Shown in pieces: positions 44,154 to 56,197 of a DNA stretch of 64,000 nucleotides. The DNA is from Tubiluchus corallicola. Lineage: Eukaryota; Animalia; Priapulida. Position numbers and translations under genes: made by a program. Numbering within the stretch: the stretch's first letter is position 1; every line of letters begins with the position of its first letter. Where the stretch lies: the NCBI GenBank assembly GCA_030141605.1, contig JAQGDQ010000663.1:52810-116809 (forward strand), in the 5' to 3' direction. The notes under the pieces were generated by a model, which worked only from the letters and a program-made list of their open reading frames with translations, made no database searches and was not told where the DNA came from.

Positions 44154-47100
44154 ATGGTCAGAGAATATGTCAGCGTCGAATGGAGTTTAATAGTGAAACT
44201 TCTATTGTTCTCATCGCTAATAGGTGAGTACTTCCGGTAATTAATGGACTATGTTCATAGTACAACGATCAAAAAAATAGTTAAAATATAATTAAAATAA
44301 TAAAACTGTAAAATTAGGTTAAAATTAATAAAAAAATGATACAAACGTATACTTATACAATAATACATATATCTATTATATGTATGTATACATACTCATA
44401 TATTTATAATACATACACACATATACGCTAGTGTGAATGTTATCACAGTTGTGAGCTTGGGCCGATCTATAACGTTACGAAAGTTGCCGGCATTAAATTT
44501 TAAATGGTTTGCGGGAAGTGATTAATTTCGGTCTAAAATGCTGAGAAGCGTATCACTATTTTCAAATATAACAAATCGCTTTTTTAACCATTAATTTTGA
44601 GATTATATGCCTTCAATGTTAATATAGCTTAATAATCTACAGAACTTTTAAACTCAATATAAAAAAGAAAACTGTTGTTGTTTGGACTTAATTAAACTTA
44701 ATAACGAAATTATAGCTAAATTTAAATTATAAATTTACAGCAAATATAATTTTATATTATGGATCCAATTATGTATATCTGTATGTATATTTATATATTG
44801 GTTATATATGTAAGCAATATTATAGCAAATTTAATAGTTCAAGTTAGGGTAAGTGCTCATGTATTGTTCATTTAAAAGGGTCGTTATCATAAACGTATAA
44901 AAAATCCAGGCGAGAATCGTACGCAATATTGCGAGAAGTTGGAAATATAGGAGATGAACTTTGATTGCAGTCACGTTGATTGTTTTGCAGTCACTTTGAT
45001 TGCTTGCCATCACTTTGATTGTTTTGCAATCACATTGATTGTTTTGCAGTCACTTTGATTGTTTTGCAGTCAGTTTGATTGTTTTGGAGTCACTTTGATT
45101 GTTTGCAGTCACTTTGATTGTTTGCAGTCACTTTGATTGTTATGCAGTCATTTTGATTGTTTGCAGTCACTTTGATTGTTATGCAGTCATTTTGATTGTT
45201 TGCAGTCACTTTGATTGTTATGCAGTCATTTTGATTGTTTTGCAGTCACTTTGATTGTTATGCAGTCACTTTGATTGTTTTGCAGTCACTTTGATTGTTA
45301 TGCAGTCATTTTGATTGTTTTGCAGTCACTTTAATTGTTTTGCAGTGATCTTTGATTGTTTTGCAGTTGTCCCATCGACTACTGAACCTCGAATGAAAAG
45401 GGATCTGGGACTATTTTTCCCCTCAGACGCGGAGTTCGCTTGCCAGGAGGAAGAAGACCAAGATTATGTTTTTATAGCTGACAGTGACGATTGTCAAATA
45501 TACTATCAATGCGTTGATGGGTGGCCAATTAAAATGACATGTCCAGCTGGTACCAAATGGACACCGAAAGGCGAACACGGCGGAATATGTAAGAATCCAC
45601 AACTTGCAATAAATGAGCAATGTGGTCACATGCAGCCAGCAATCCCAGGTAGGGAGAGAGATTTTTTACGTTCCAGGTTTGAATTGTTTAAATGATTAGT
45701 TCAGTAAACTGTATACAAAATAGAGCCCAAGCTTTTTTCTGCTAATTTATAATAATTATAATGGTCATTTAATCAAGTCTCTCTTTTCAATCTACGGACA
45801 TCAGGAGTGAAGAAAACACAGCAGTAAAGTGAACAAGTTCGACTCGAGTTGTTTATTGGTTCAAGGACTCACTGAACTCGAGATTTCGGATAAAAAAATC
45901 TGGCTTCGCCACCAGTTTCGAAATTTCACTAGTATTATCGCTAGCATGTCCGTTGAAAATGATGATATCGCCGCCATCTCGAACATAAAATGGCGGATCG
46001 GCAATCTGATTCCGTCACTTAATACTGAATTGAATTGATTAGTTTACTTGTCTCATTTCAAATGCATATATACTATTTAGCTAGGACTGACAGCTAGGAC
46101 TAAACGTTGTAATTTGCATAAGTACAATGACACAACAAGCGAAAACGTCTAGTATCTGACGTTTCATAACGAATGCGTTGCAATTTCGTGCAATCTTGGA
46201 CTTTTTTCAAAATCTCATCCCCCCAACAAGAACAACAACATCTAGAAGAGTGAGGATTTGGTTCAAATCATTCGAGCATTTGAGGGGTCAGGGGTAAAAG
46301 TATTCCTAGGTAGAATACACAGCCAGAGTAAAGTCGCTATGGGGGATAATTGTGTAGCAACTGAAAGTGTTTTCCAATAAGCGTCCCTCTATTCCTCGTA
46401 TAAAATTAATGTGATCTTGGAAAACTTTCAGGCATGTAAAAAGTACGAAGAAAAACTGACAGTAATTCAATGTGAGGCAAGAATAAACTTAAGTACGATT
46501 TTGTGGCACGACATACGCCACCCTCTATATTCTTCCCCGAGTTACTTAGGCCTGCCTTATTTTATGTACATTTTAGAACGAATTTTATTTATGTAACTGG
46601 CAAAATGTACTTATTCAGTCAAATTTTTTTCTCAGTCGGCGTTAATGAGCATTATTTCTGCCCATTTCGATGCGACGACGGCAACTGCATAGAACGCATA
46701 CACGTCTGCAATGGTGTTGATGATTGCCTTGACGCATCTGATGAAGCAAACTGTGGTAAGTGATGGTGTTGATTACGATGTTGACGACGACAACGGCACG
46801 GGGGCGGTGGTATCAGGCCCTATATGTTGGATCGCACAGATGAAATATGCAAACGCATTTTTGATTTACGTGAATTTTGAATTTAATTTAAATGACTGCG
46901 AAACGGTAAAATTGCATTTAACAAGAGTAAATATAAATGTTGCAGTTTTCGTCACTGAGTTGGCGAAACATTGACAGCAACAGTACGTACATGGTGACCT
47001 AAACGAGGCCCCAAATCCCCAAGCATTGCTATTAGGCTAGTTTAACGTTGCGTACTTTGATACTTTTGATGATGAGATAATCTTTTATAATCTAAAAGAT

Positions 47101-50100
47101 TAATTAATTATGTTTACTAGTAATATACGTTTGATTAGATAAAAATGCAAGTTTAGCTAAAACCAAGGTACTAATAAAGAAGCTGTTTTAGTTCAGAAAT
47201 TTGAATCAATTGTTGTTAATTATGATAACCTTTCCTCTCAATCCTGAGAAATGGATTCAGTTTAAAACGTTGTGTATAAAACCAAGAAACGACATCATAT
47301 CATTAGGTAGAGCTAACCTCTAGCCGTTATACCTTGGCATCTGTTTTGAGCAAAGTACTAGTTGTTCTGCGTACAAAGTGATTATACATATGGAAATTTA
47401 AGCCGATTCTTGAACACATCTTTTTAAGCAGTGTTCTTAGTGTAATCTAACGTATTACACTAACGTATAACGCATGACATTACTTCACAACTTTACATTA
47501 CATTACTTCAGTTTACGACTTTGTCATAAGTGTTGTTTTAATTGTTATTGGAAGTGCATTGTAATTCATTTATTTAAAAGATGTACTTAGGCAACGTAAT
47601 TTTATTCTTGCAAACTTACAGCTGTTTACATGCAATATAGATTTTAGGCCACAACAACGACGACGGCGACAAAAACAACAGCAGCAGCTGCGACAGCAAC
47701 AGCTGCAGCAGCAGCAGCAGCAACAACAACGACAACAATAATAACAACAACAGCAGCAGCAATAACAACGAAGACAACAACAACAGTAACAAAACAAAGC
47801 AACAAGAACAACAACAACAGCAGCAGCAGCAGCGACGACGATGACGACAACAATGATCCTCCATTTCTAATGTGTAGCATTGACAATTCACTAGAGGTTT
47901 CGCAATCTTATGTAAATTTCCCCGCACAACAAATACAACAAATTAAAAGGACTACTCATAAATACCCTTTATTAATATATTACTATTTTCAGCGGATCCT
48001 TGCATAATGAGTGGAGTTGGCGCTAACTGCATTGAGCCTGGCTGCCGATGTGTAAGCACAGACATCCCCTTAGGCTTGAACGTGGAGGACATTCCACAGA
48101 TGGTCATGATGACTTGGGAAGGAGCATTAAGAGTACAAGATTATTTACACTTGTACAGGTAGAGTGGTAAATCCTTTTGGAGTAATTTCAGTTTTTGGAT
48201 AAATTTTGGTTATTTTATGAGTTAATCATGTGTAATATCATGTGTGTGCGTGCGTGTGAATTGCACGTGCGAGTTAAGTGTGCATGCATGTGAATTGCAC
48301 GTGCAAGTTATGTGTGCGTGCGTGTGAATTGCACGTGCGAGTTATGTGTGCGTGCGTGTGAATTGCACGTGCGAGTTATGTGTGCGTGCATGTGAATTGC
48401 ACGTGCGAGTTATGTGTGCGTGCGTGTGAATTGCACGTGCGAGTTATGTGTGTACGACAGTCTCAAATCGGAAAAACTTGTAATTGTTGTTGTTGTTGTT
48501 TGAGAAGAACTAGATTGATGAACTTCATTTCAGAACAGCAAACACTAGAATTTTGCACTAAACACTACTTGCATATATTACAAATGTAAATTATAAAGCA
48601 TGAATACACAGAAGTATAACGCATAAATAATTTTAAACTATCAGGCATATTGTGAGTTGGTGATTCGTTATCGACTGCTAGAGGCAGACTACACCTGCCC
48701 AGATATGAGCAAGTATACGTACGTACAAATTGTAGTGAGAAAACTTTTGTTTACAATAATTTCGGAGAGGTGGCGGCACCTTCCTTAAACATTAAACTGA
48801 GATTTCAAAACTGGGTTCTTTTGTTTAAATTCACAATGAATTTTGTTAAATCATAGACAAATATGCATTTTTATTGCTCGCATTTTTTAACATTTAACTC
48901 GAGCAGAATGAATTTAAGTTCTCTGAAGCGTGCCTTTCATTGAAGAGGTTTTAACATTGTCAGCAGTTAAAATACATCCCACATTACGAAACTAGACATA
49001 AATTTTGTTCAAATTGATTTTTAAGAATAAAAAGAATTTTTGGTCGGACAATTTGCTTCATTTTGCTTTGAAACGGAGCAGTCCATTCTCAGGGTCACGT
49101 GGCAGAAGAAGCCATTTCATATTGTGTATATTATGCAAATAATGCATTTTTACTTGACAAAATGAATAAAGACATCATGGGTGAACAGTACATAATTTTA
49201 GCTAATATTTATGCAAAGTCATAAAATTGGTGTAGGCCTAACTTTAGCCGCAAATGTTTTTTCACTATAGTTGGTGTACATTGTACTTTCTAGTCTCCTG
49301 TAATTACTAATGCTTACTTGACTTTTCTTCCCTCGCCATACACAGACTATATCAAAAAACGAAAAAATCTGTATATTTATTACATTTATAGTAGAATTCA
49401 GAATTTTATTATTGGCACATACATTGTATTACAATTACATACATACAACAAAACAACAACAAAATACAAAAATACAAAACATAACTATAACATTATAGCT
49501 ATAGTAGCCAAAACAGGTAACACGTAACAAATATATATAATTTTAGTATAGATACAGTTAGCATATCATAAAAAAGTAAAAAAGAATATTATCAATATTT
49601 ACGGTACTATTTATTCCCCTTTAAAACACTTAAAAATGTAATGGGCGGCTATTTGGGTTATATCGCAGTCGTTACGGGTACAATACATGCATTGTATAAA
49701 TAGTTTGAATATATTTAATATAGATTGAAAGTTTTTTCAATATCAATTGTATATGTGGGAGATTTGTTATTAATATGTATAAAATGATTTAACAGACAAA
49801 TTCTTAAGGATCTTCAACCAAATCGGATGTTTGAGCCATGACTTAATGCAGATGGCATCTGTCCAATAAGAAACACGGTTTTTGCTATCCATGAGTTTAC
49901 CAGTTATTAGTTAATGCAGCATCTTTATGACCAAGGACATGAGATAGCTACACTGTCAATCAGGTAATTTAAAACTGGTAGAATATCATTTCTTGTTGAG
50001 AAATTACAGTAGTTTCAATTCTGATGTGTTTGTTATCGTTGTTGACATCAACGAGGATGATAGTTTTTTATTTATGTATGATTTTTCATTAATAAGCCAA

Positions 50101-51055
50101 TAATGAATATTTTTGCGTCTTCGAAAGAAGAATGGGCAACTTACCAGTCATCAACTTATCTCACAGCGCCCAACATTTTTCACTTTAATGTAAATTCCGT
50201 TTTTTTTTCAGTCACCGTCTTCCTGCAGTATACTGGTGGTGGGCGACAGCAGATGATTGGGAGTACGAAATAGATGACCATAGAGATATTATTGATTTGT
50301 TAACTGACATCGATCCAGCCGAAATTCAAGGTATGAGGGCGCCATATTTACAGAACTGTGGAAACAATCAGTTCGAGATGTTATCGGCGACCAACTTTCG
50401 TTGGGATAACTCGCTGCCGTCAACACTTAATGACCCTCCCATCTGGCCTTATGCACTAGATTATCAGATCGATGACGATTGTGTCATTCCACCTTGTCCG
50501 ACCGCAAGCTTTCCAGGAGTGTGGGAAATACCATTGGTGGATTACTTTAATGTAACTGGAACATTCTGCAACAGTGTGCACAACTGTGGACTACAGCAAA
50601 CTGTAGCAGAGGTAACACAGTTTTTGTTGGACAACTTTAATCGTCATTATGAAAGCAACAAAGCACTGTTTCCTCTCCATCTCCGTCCGATGTACTTCTA
50701 CGACATACCTTTCGCCATAAAAGGCATTCAAGATTTTCTTGATATCGTGACCGGTCCAGGTTTCGAGGATGTTTATTTTGTAACTGGTACGCAAGCTGTT
50801 GAGTGGATGGAAAATCCTAAAACTGTCACTGAGATAACGTCTGGTGATATACCAGGACCTTCATGGGATTGTAGCGGATTTCCGATGAGCAATACGTGTG
50901 AAGATCCGAATATCTGCACTTACAATATAACGGAAGTTCTTCAGGTTTATCCGGGCCTGTTCAGATGGGTGGTTACCTGCAAGAATTGTCCGCCACATTA
51001 TCCAAGAGTTCATGACCCAACAGGGATGAGTCCTTTTATGACCCCAGGAGCATAG
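44154..51055 (+). CDS. Chitin deacetylase-like gene (signal peptide, CBM14/peritrophin-A, LDLa, CE4 domain); likely non-catalytic and possibly a pseudogene
   Basis: Exons 44154-44223 ([23 protein letters not shown]), 45367-45648 (RMKR; [18 protein letters not shown]), 46636-46755 (FRCDDGNCI...[16 protein letters not shown]), 47993-48158 (CRC...[11 protein letters not shown]), 49796-49963 (CPI...GHEIATLSI, two stops), 50212-51055 ([48 protein letters not shown]). All GT-AG and phase-consistent. Confidence 0.85.
44960..45366 (+). repeat. 19-20-bp minisatellite (TTTGATTGTTTTGCAGTCAC), ~20 copies, whose last unit is the real splice acceptor of the CBM14 exon
   Basis: Units run without a break up to tttgattgttttgcag|TTGTCCC at 45366/45367. 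Confidence 0.93.
47650..47853. repeat. Compound (CAA)/(CAG)/(CGA) trinucleotide repeat, intronic
   Basis: Direct reading; lies between CDA exons 3 and 4. Confidence 0.92.
48243..48452. repeat. 34-bp minisatellite x6, each unit containing CACGTG
   Basis: gaattgcacgtgc at 48258, 48292, 48326, 48360, 48394, 48428. Confidence 0.93.
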
Positions 51056-52033
51056 GTGTTTTGTCACGTTGACGTCACATGGATGATATTTCACCACATG
51101 GGCTTCCATTGAGGCACAATCCAACTTCAAAATCAATGTTATCATGTGCTAGGCAGTGGTGCTAGGCATTCACAGCAACAACTCTGCCCTTATTAAATTC
51201 AATCAAAATATAGACCTACTTAACCAGGCTGCGCACTATATTGTCACCATATGGTTAGAATCTTGACAAAATTACGTTCAGAAATTATTGTCACCGAGTT
51301 GTGCAATATGGGACCTTTTTGTCTAATAGTGGTACATCATTAGGCCTATATGGTCGTCCAATATTAGAGACACATAAGCACAAGTCCAACTTTTGATTCG
51401 GTATTCGTATTGGCAAAAATATTGTGACAACATTGGTACAATATTGTCCTGCTGACTTTGTAACCATAATATTTGTCCATGCTTATTAGTTTTTTATTAC
51501 ACGAAATATAACGAAAAATAATGAAAATAATAATGATATAGCTTGTTTAAGTTACACAATTGAATTTTAATGTTAAATGTTAAAAATTGTGAATACTTTA
51601 TTGTAGTGTATTTACTTGAACTTACATTATTATTATTATATTTATTACAATAATTTTCGTTGCATGTATTAACGAGGAAACTCAGCATCAGGTCGTTGGG
51701 TTTCTTATTCAAAGGTTTTGGTAAAAACACATTATATTATTTTACTTTGAATTTGCTATTGCTAATCTCCTGTCAGTACTGTAGGCTATAAGCATAAAAT
51801 ATGTTTGATTGTTTAATGTGCAATTATGGAAATTAATGTATGATTATAAATTCAAATAATAAACAAACATCAGCGGCTTTCTATTAACATTTTTTCGTAT
51901 TTTTTCAAGGTATATTTTTATCATGTGCAGTCATTGTTAATAATAAGTACAAATTGTATTGGTAAAGCATTTAATTTGTGTCGGTAACTGAAGAAATGTT
52001 TGATGATCGAAAACAAAAGCTCAAATTGATTAT

Positions 52034-52356
52034 CTTCTTCCCAGCTTTTCCCTATGCGGGGTCGCCGTTGTGAATGAGTCTTCTCCACGCATTCCTGTTG
52101 TTGACCATCTCTTCATTTATGTCTTCCCTTCCCACATGATCTTCACCGACTCTTCTTTTCAGGTGTCCATACCATTGCAATCTTGCGAGGCTTCCACTAC
52201 TTTTACTTTTCCTCTGATATTATTATTTCTAATTTTATCTCTTCTTGTTATTTCCACCATCCATCTCAACATCCTCATCTCCATCACACCCATTTTCTTC
52301 TCTTCGGTCTACTTTGCAGAAGCTGCTTCCAGCCCATAGATTAGAGCGGATCTGAC
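52034..52356 (-). mobile_element. 5'-truncated, internally deleted RTE-clade LINE with a 20-bp target-site duplication
   Basis: VRSALIYGLEA..EEKKMGVMEMRMLRWM..TRRDKIRN..RLQWYGHLKRR; GAA tail; CAAAAGCTCAAATTGATTAT at 52014-52033 and 52357-52376. Confidence 0.88.
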
Positions 52357-53009
52357 CAAAAGCTCAAATTGATTATAATTGATTAAATTGGTTAATCACT
52401 TCACTGTCTGTATTATGGTTGGCCTTGTGTTTGATACGGCGTGATATAGACCACACTCATCATAAATCTTGATAATGAAAACAATTATAATAATCGTTTA
52501 TTCACGTCAGATGCAAACTCTCTGCCGCAGCAAGTCAGTTATAAAGATTTTATGTCGTTTACAAATAAACTGAAGCCATTTATATCGCTAACAATTCCAT
52601 ATTTATTGCATATTTCTATTCCGACGGTGGAAAAGTGTTGCCCGTCCGCCCTTGTCGAAGCCTAACACAAGCTCCCTCTTCTGGAAAACCACAGTATGAA
52701 TAACAGAACACTAAATTTAAGAAACATTAGAACGAACAATCAATATGGAAAGAATTCCATTACTAAGCAAGCTATACAACTTTGGAATCCATTACCGACA
52801 TCACTAAAACACAGCAGCTCTTTATCAATATTCAACTCTAAAGTAAAATAAGTAGTTTCTCTTTTATTTTCGAGTTTCTAGTTTGCACTTAGTTTAGCTT
52901 GCACCAGACGCATTTGCCCAGAACAGTGCATGTTTTTATATGAACTAACACTAATTGTCTGTCTTTTTATTAAGATGGTCAATGTATCAAACAAGGCAAA
53001 ATAAAGAAT

Positions 53010-53045
53010 ATACTACTACTACTACAACTACTACTACTACTACTA

Positions 53046-53118
<73 letters not shown>
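53010..53118. repeat. (TAC)n microsatellite
   Basis: Direct reading. Confidence 0.96.
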
Positions 53119-53575
53119 AAAAAGGGACGAATAAATTGTTAGTTTGCTCGATCATTAGGTTCTCTGACAGATACAAAAGCGGCGCACTGCTAGAAGCTGC
53201 TTAAACTTAATGACTTCATCCAGTGCCATGGTCGATAAATCGCTACTATTTCAGCCATAGACATAAAACTGAGGTCATAATTTATTTATCATCATTACAA
53301 CTAAAAGGTTGAAATACAGTTTTCTAAATTCTTTCGTGATTTTCAACAACTTAATGTAACGAATTTACATTATGTTTAAGCGTTTGCGCTGATTAATACG
53401 ATAAGTCGTTTACTGCTTTTGTTTGTACTTGTTGAACACCATTTATGTGATTTTCAATAAATTCTTTGCTCTTAAATACAATTAAATGGTGTTCCGATTA
53501 AGCTAACTAAAAGGCCCTTGAGAACAAACACCAATCTAAATTCAGAAAAATAAGACTCATCCAATGGACTTTAAC

Positions 53576-53932
53576 TAGGCGTGAGCATCGAACGTTCGAA
53601 TTGAACTCGAACGAGTTTTTTCAGTTCGAATTCGATTCGAACCTAAAATTATAGAATCGAATAATTCAGCATTTCAACCTCATACATTCTTTAGCATTAA
53701 AATGTTTGAAACAGCAAGCAATTAGCTAATTGTGGTTTTAATACAGAACAAAATCGAGTGATATGCATGATCTTTGTGTGACCACTCTTTACTAATGGTT
53801 CAAAAATTTTCCAAACACAATTCGAATTCTATTCGAATTCGAAATACTGAAATTCGGTTCAATTCAAATTCGAAAGCCCTTCATTTCGACTAAATTCGCA
53901 TTTCGCTTTTTGGTGGAGAATTGCTCACCCAT
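53576..53932 (-). mobile_element. TTCGAA-rich hAT-like MITE, uninterrupted copy
   Basis: Termini taggcgtgagc...gctcacccata; reverse complement of the split copy at 6089-7009. Confidence 0.65.
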
Positions 53933-54986
53933 AGCATTAACTGTGTCGAATAAACCATTTAAACAAACGAACAAAACAATCCAAATTGGAAACCAGTTAG
54001 GCCACAAACTAAGTCTCGATTTCAAAGGTGGAACTTAATTCAAATTGTTGCAGAACTACATAAAGTCCACTAAACGTTTTGTTAACTGATTGAATGTATA
54101 TAATTGTATTTTAAGTTATTATGTAGTTTGTCTTTCAATCAAGTACTCATTAATAAACAACTTGTGCTATAATCAACTATATGTACTCCAACTGTATTAA
54201 TTGCACAAGTATTGGATTTCTGAATTAAGTAGCAACATTGTACATTACAATGTACAATTTATACTTAGAATGGGCTTATAGGCTTAGGTACATCGAGAAT
54301 CGCTTCTGTTATTGTATCTATTGTCTGAGTTTTCAAGTTGGTGTTAACTAATGAAGTAGTCGTAATTTGAATTAACCATTTTGAGTTATTACATTCTCGA
54401 ACAAACTAATTGTATATTTTTTCACTGCACATCGTAGAAATACTGTGATCAGTAACAGTTACTGTGTTGTAAATCCACTTAAAATAAAAACAGTTTATAT
54501 AATATATATATATATATATATATAATCTGTTTTACAATGTTCTGTACCTTAGTAGGAAGCCCTTTAAGACACACCTTCACTTTGTTAACAAAACATTGTA
54601 CTTGCGAGAAGATACTTCCAGCCATCATCAGTCATACTTAGGCTTGCTACAATACTAGCAGAAACAATGTGTGAAGTCATCTACTTTAACGACAAAGTAC
54701 TACCATTACGACCACTATGAAAATTCAACAACCTAGCACGTTTGTACTTAGAAAAAACTCGTTCGAATCGAATTCCAGCGTTCGAATACGCACGTTCGAC
54801 GCTCATCCAAGTGAAAGTGCTCTGACGGTGATGCACGTAAGCAGTAAAGATGTACCATGTTGTTATCAACAATACTCGTTGTTTTCGCTATATTATATAG
54901 CTTAAATAGAAACCTACTGTACCTAAACTGTTCATTATTTTTTATTTGTCACTGTTGCTGACTGTTTATACTTTCCATACTTACAG

Positions 54987-55583
54987 AGGTCTAAGCATCC
55001 GCCTTTGAATGATGTAGACATCCCGTTCAACACGAAATAAGGCGGAAAAAAGCACATCGTTTTACACAGAGGGCAGCGTGACCGACGCTCTTGTGCATAA
55101 TCGGCAGGCATTTGTATTTGCCAAAATAACTTCCAAGTGTCACCAGTCACTTGCCCTTGCTCTAACTCACATGCTTTACTTTTAGGCACACAATATTTAA
55201 TATGAATATTACCAGGATTTACCGGCTTACATTTTTTTTAAAACTATTTTTGCTTGTTTGCCCATTTTAATGCGAATGAATATTTTCTGTCATGTTTGCA
55301 AAAACTGTTAAGTTATGATGAACATCGTTTGTTTGCCAAATAGCGTGTATAAATTCATCTATAAATGTTTCAGATTTTCAGTTGACCTTGTAGCTAGCCA
55401 AGAGTCGGCTGTCAGCACCATAGCATTTCACTTCTCTGCTCGTTCGTTGGAGGGCGTCACGGTACTTGGGCGTGACACCCGACTGAGCCCATATTGGGAT
55501 ACTGAAGAAAGACACTTCACGTGGTGGTTTCCATTTAAAGTAGGTTCGGAATTTGGTTTGGAAACCTACATGCTTGAGGACAA
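54987..55583 (+). pseudogene. Galectin-like carbohydrate-recognition domain, two exons, damaged or incomplete
   Basis: Exon 55374-55583 (AG..GT): (R)FSVDL...TIAFHFSARS....VLGRDT....WDTEERH...FPFKVGSEFGLE, the galectin core pattern. Upstream exon 54987-55103 gives DIPFNT then, after a frameshift (TAA at 55038), SFYTEGSV..HNR, ending at a GC rather than GT donor. No terminal exon found. Confidence 0.65.
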
Positions 55584-56197
55584 GTAAGAGAGGCAGCTTG
55601 TTTAATAATCAGAACTTCGTTTAAAATCTTGTTAGTCTTGAACCATGGAGAATGAAAATGAATCACTACATCATTAGTAGCGTCATGTTATGCTGTGACA
55701 CGTGGTTGCGAATGCAGTGAAATATTCCCTCTTATCCAAGTTTCAGTTTCTACTGCTCACAATTTCAGTGGTTGCTTACGGGCATCCACAAAGAAACAAC
55801 AACTGTAGAATTTAGAACCTAATCTTTCTTAGTCTTGCCTTTGTAAAGTGGAGCATCAACTTGCAACAACAGTAAGCGAAAAAAGTCAATTTCATAAATG
55901 TTCTATTTAACGTAAACTAAGCATACTTTTTTCCAATGAGTGGTAATAGTGACTATTGCCAAGTCACAGTTGTTTGTAGCACGACTAGCCGCCAATAGGT
56001 AAGATTACTTTTTAATGGTTGTCCTCACGTGTTTTGCAACAAGCCACAAGTGAAACGCTATAGTCCACACTTAAGATTTTTCTGCCTGGTGAAGGTTTTC
56101 TGTCACAATTGATGGAAGCCGCTTTGCAGATTACCAGTACCGATTCAAGCCTATTTGTGTTATGAATGAGATTCATGTAGGCGGCGATGTAGAAATT

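Noticed and set aside
47570-47927. Poly-Cys, poly-Leu or poly-Gln coding potential
   Set aside because: Intronic trinucleotide repeat; the CDA exons join in phase without it.
49839-49910. Stop-codon reassignment or selenocysteine in the CDA exon
   Set aside because: Two different stop types, the same gene ends at TAG (51053-51055), and the positions are not Cys-aligned; point mutation is simpler.
54935-55189. Minus-strand ORF with CPLCK motif and a good donor
   Set aside because: Antisense to the galectin-like exon, with no partner exons or recognisable family.
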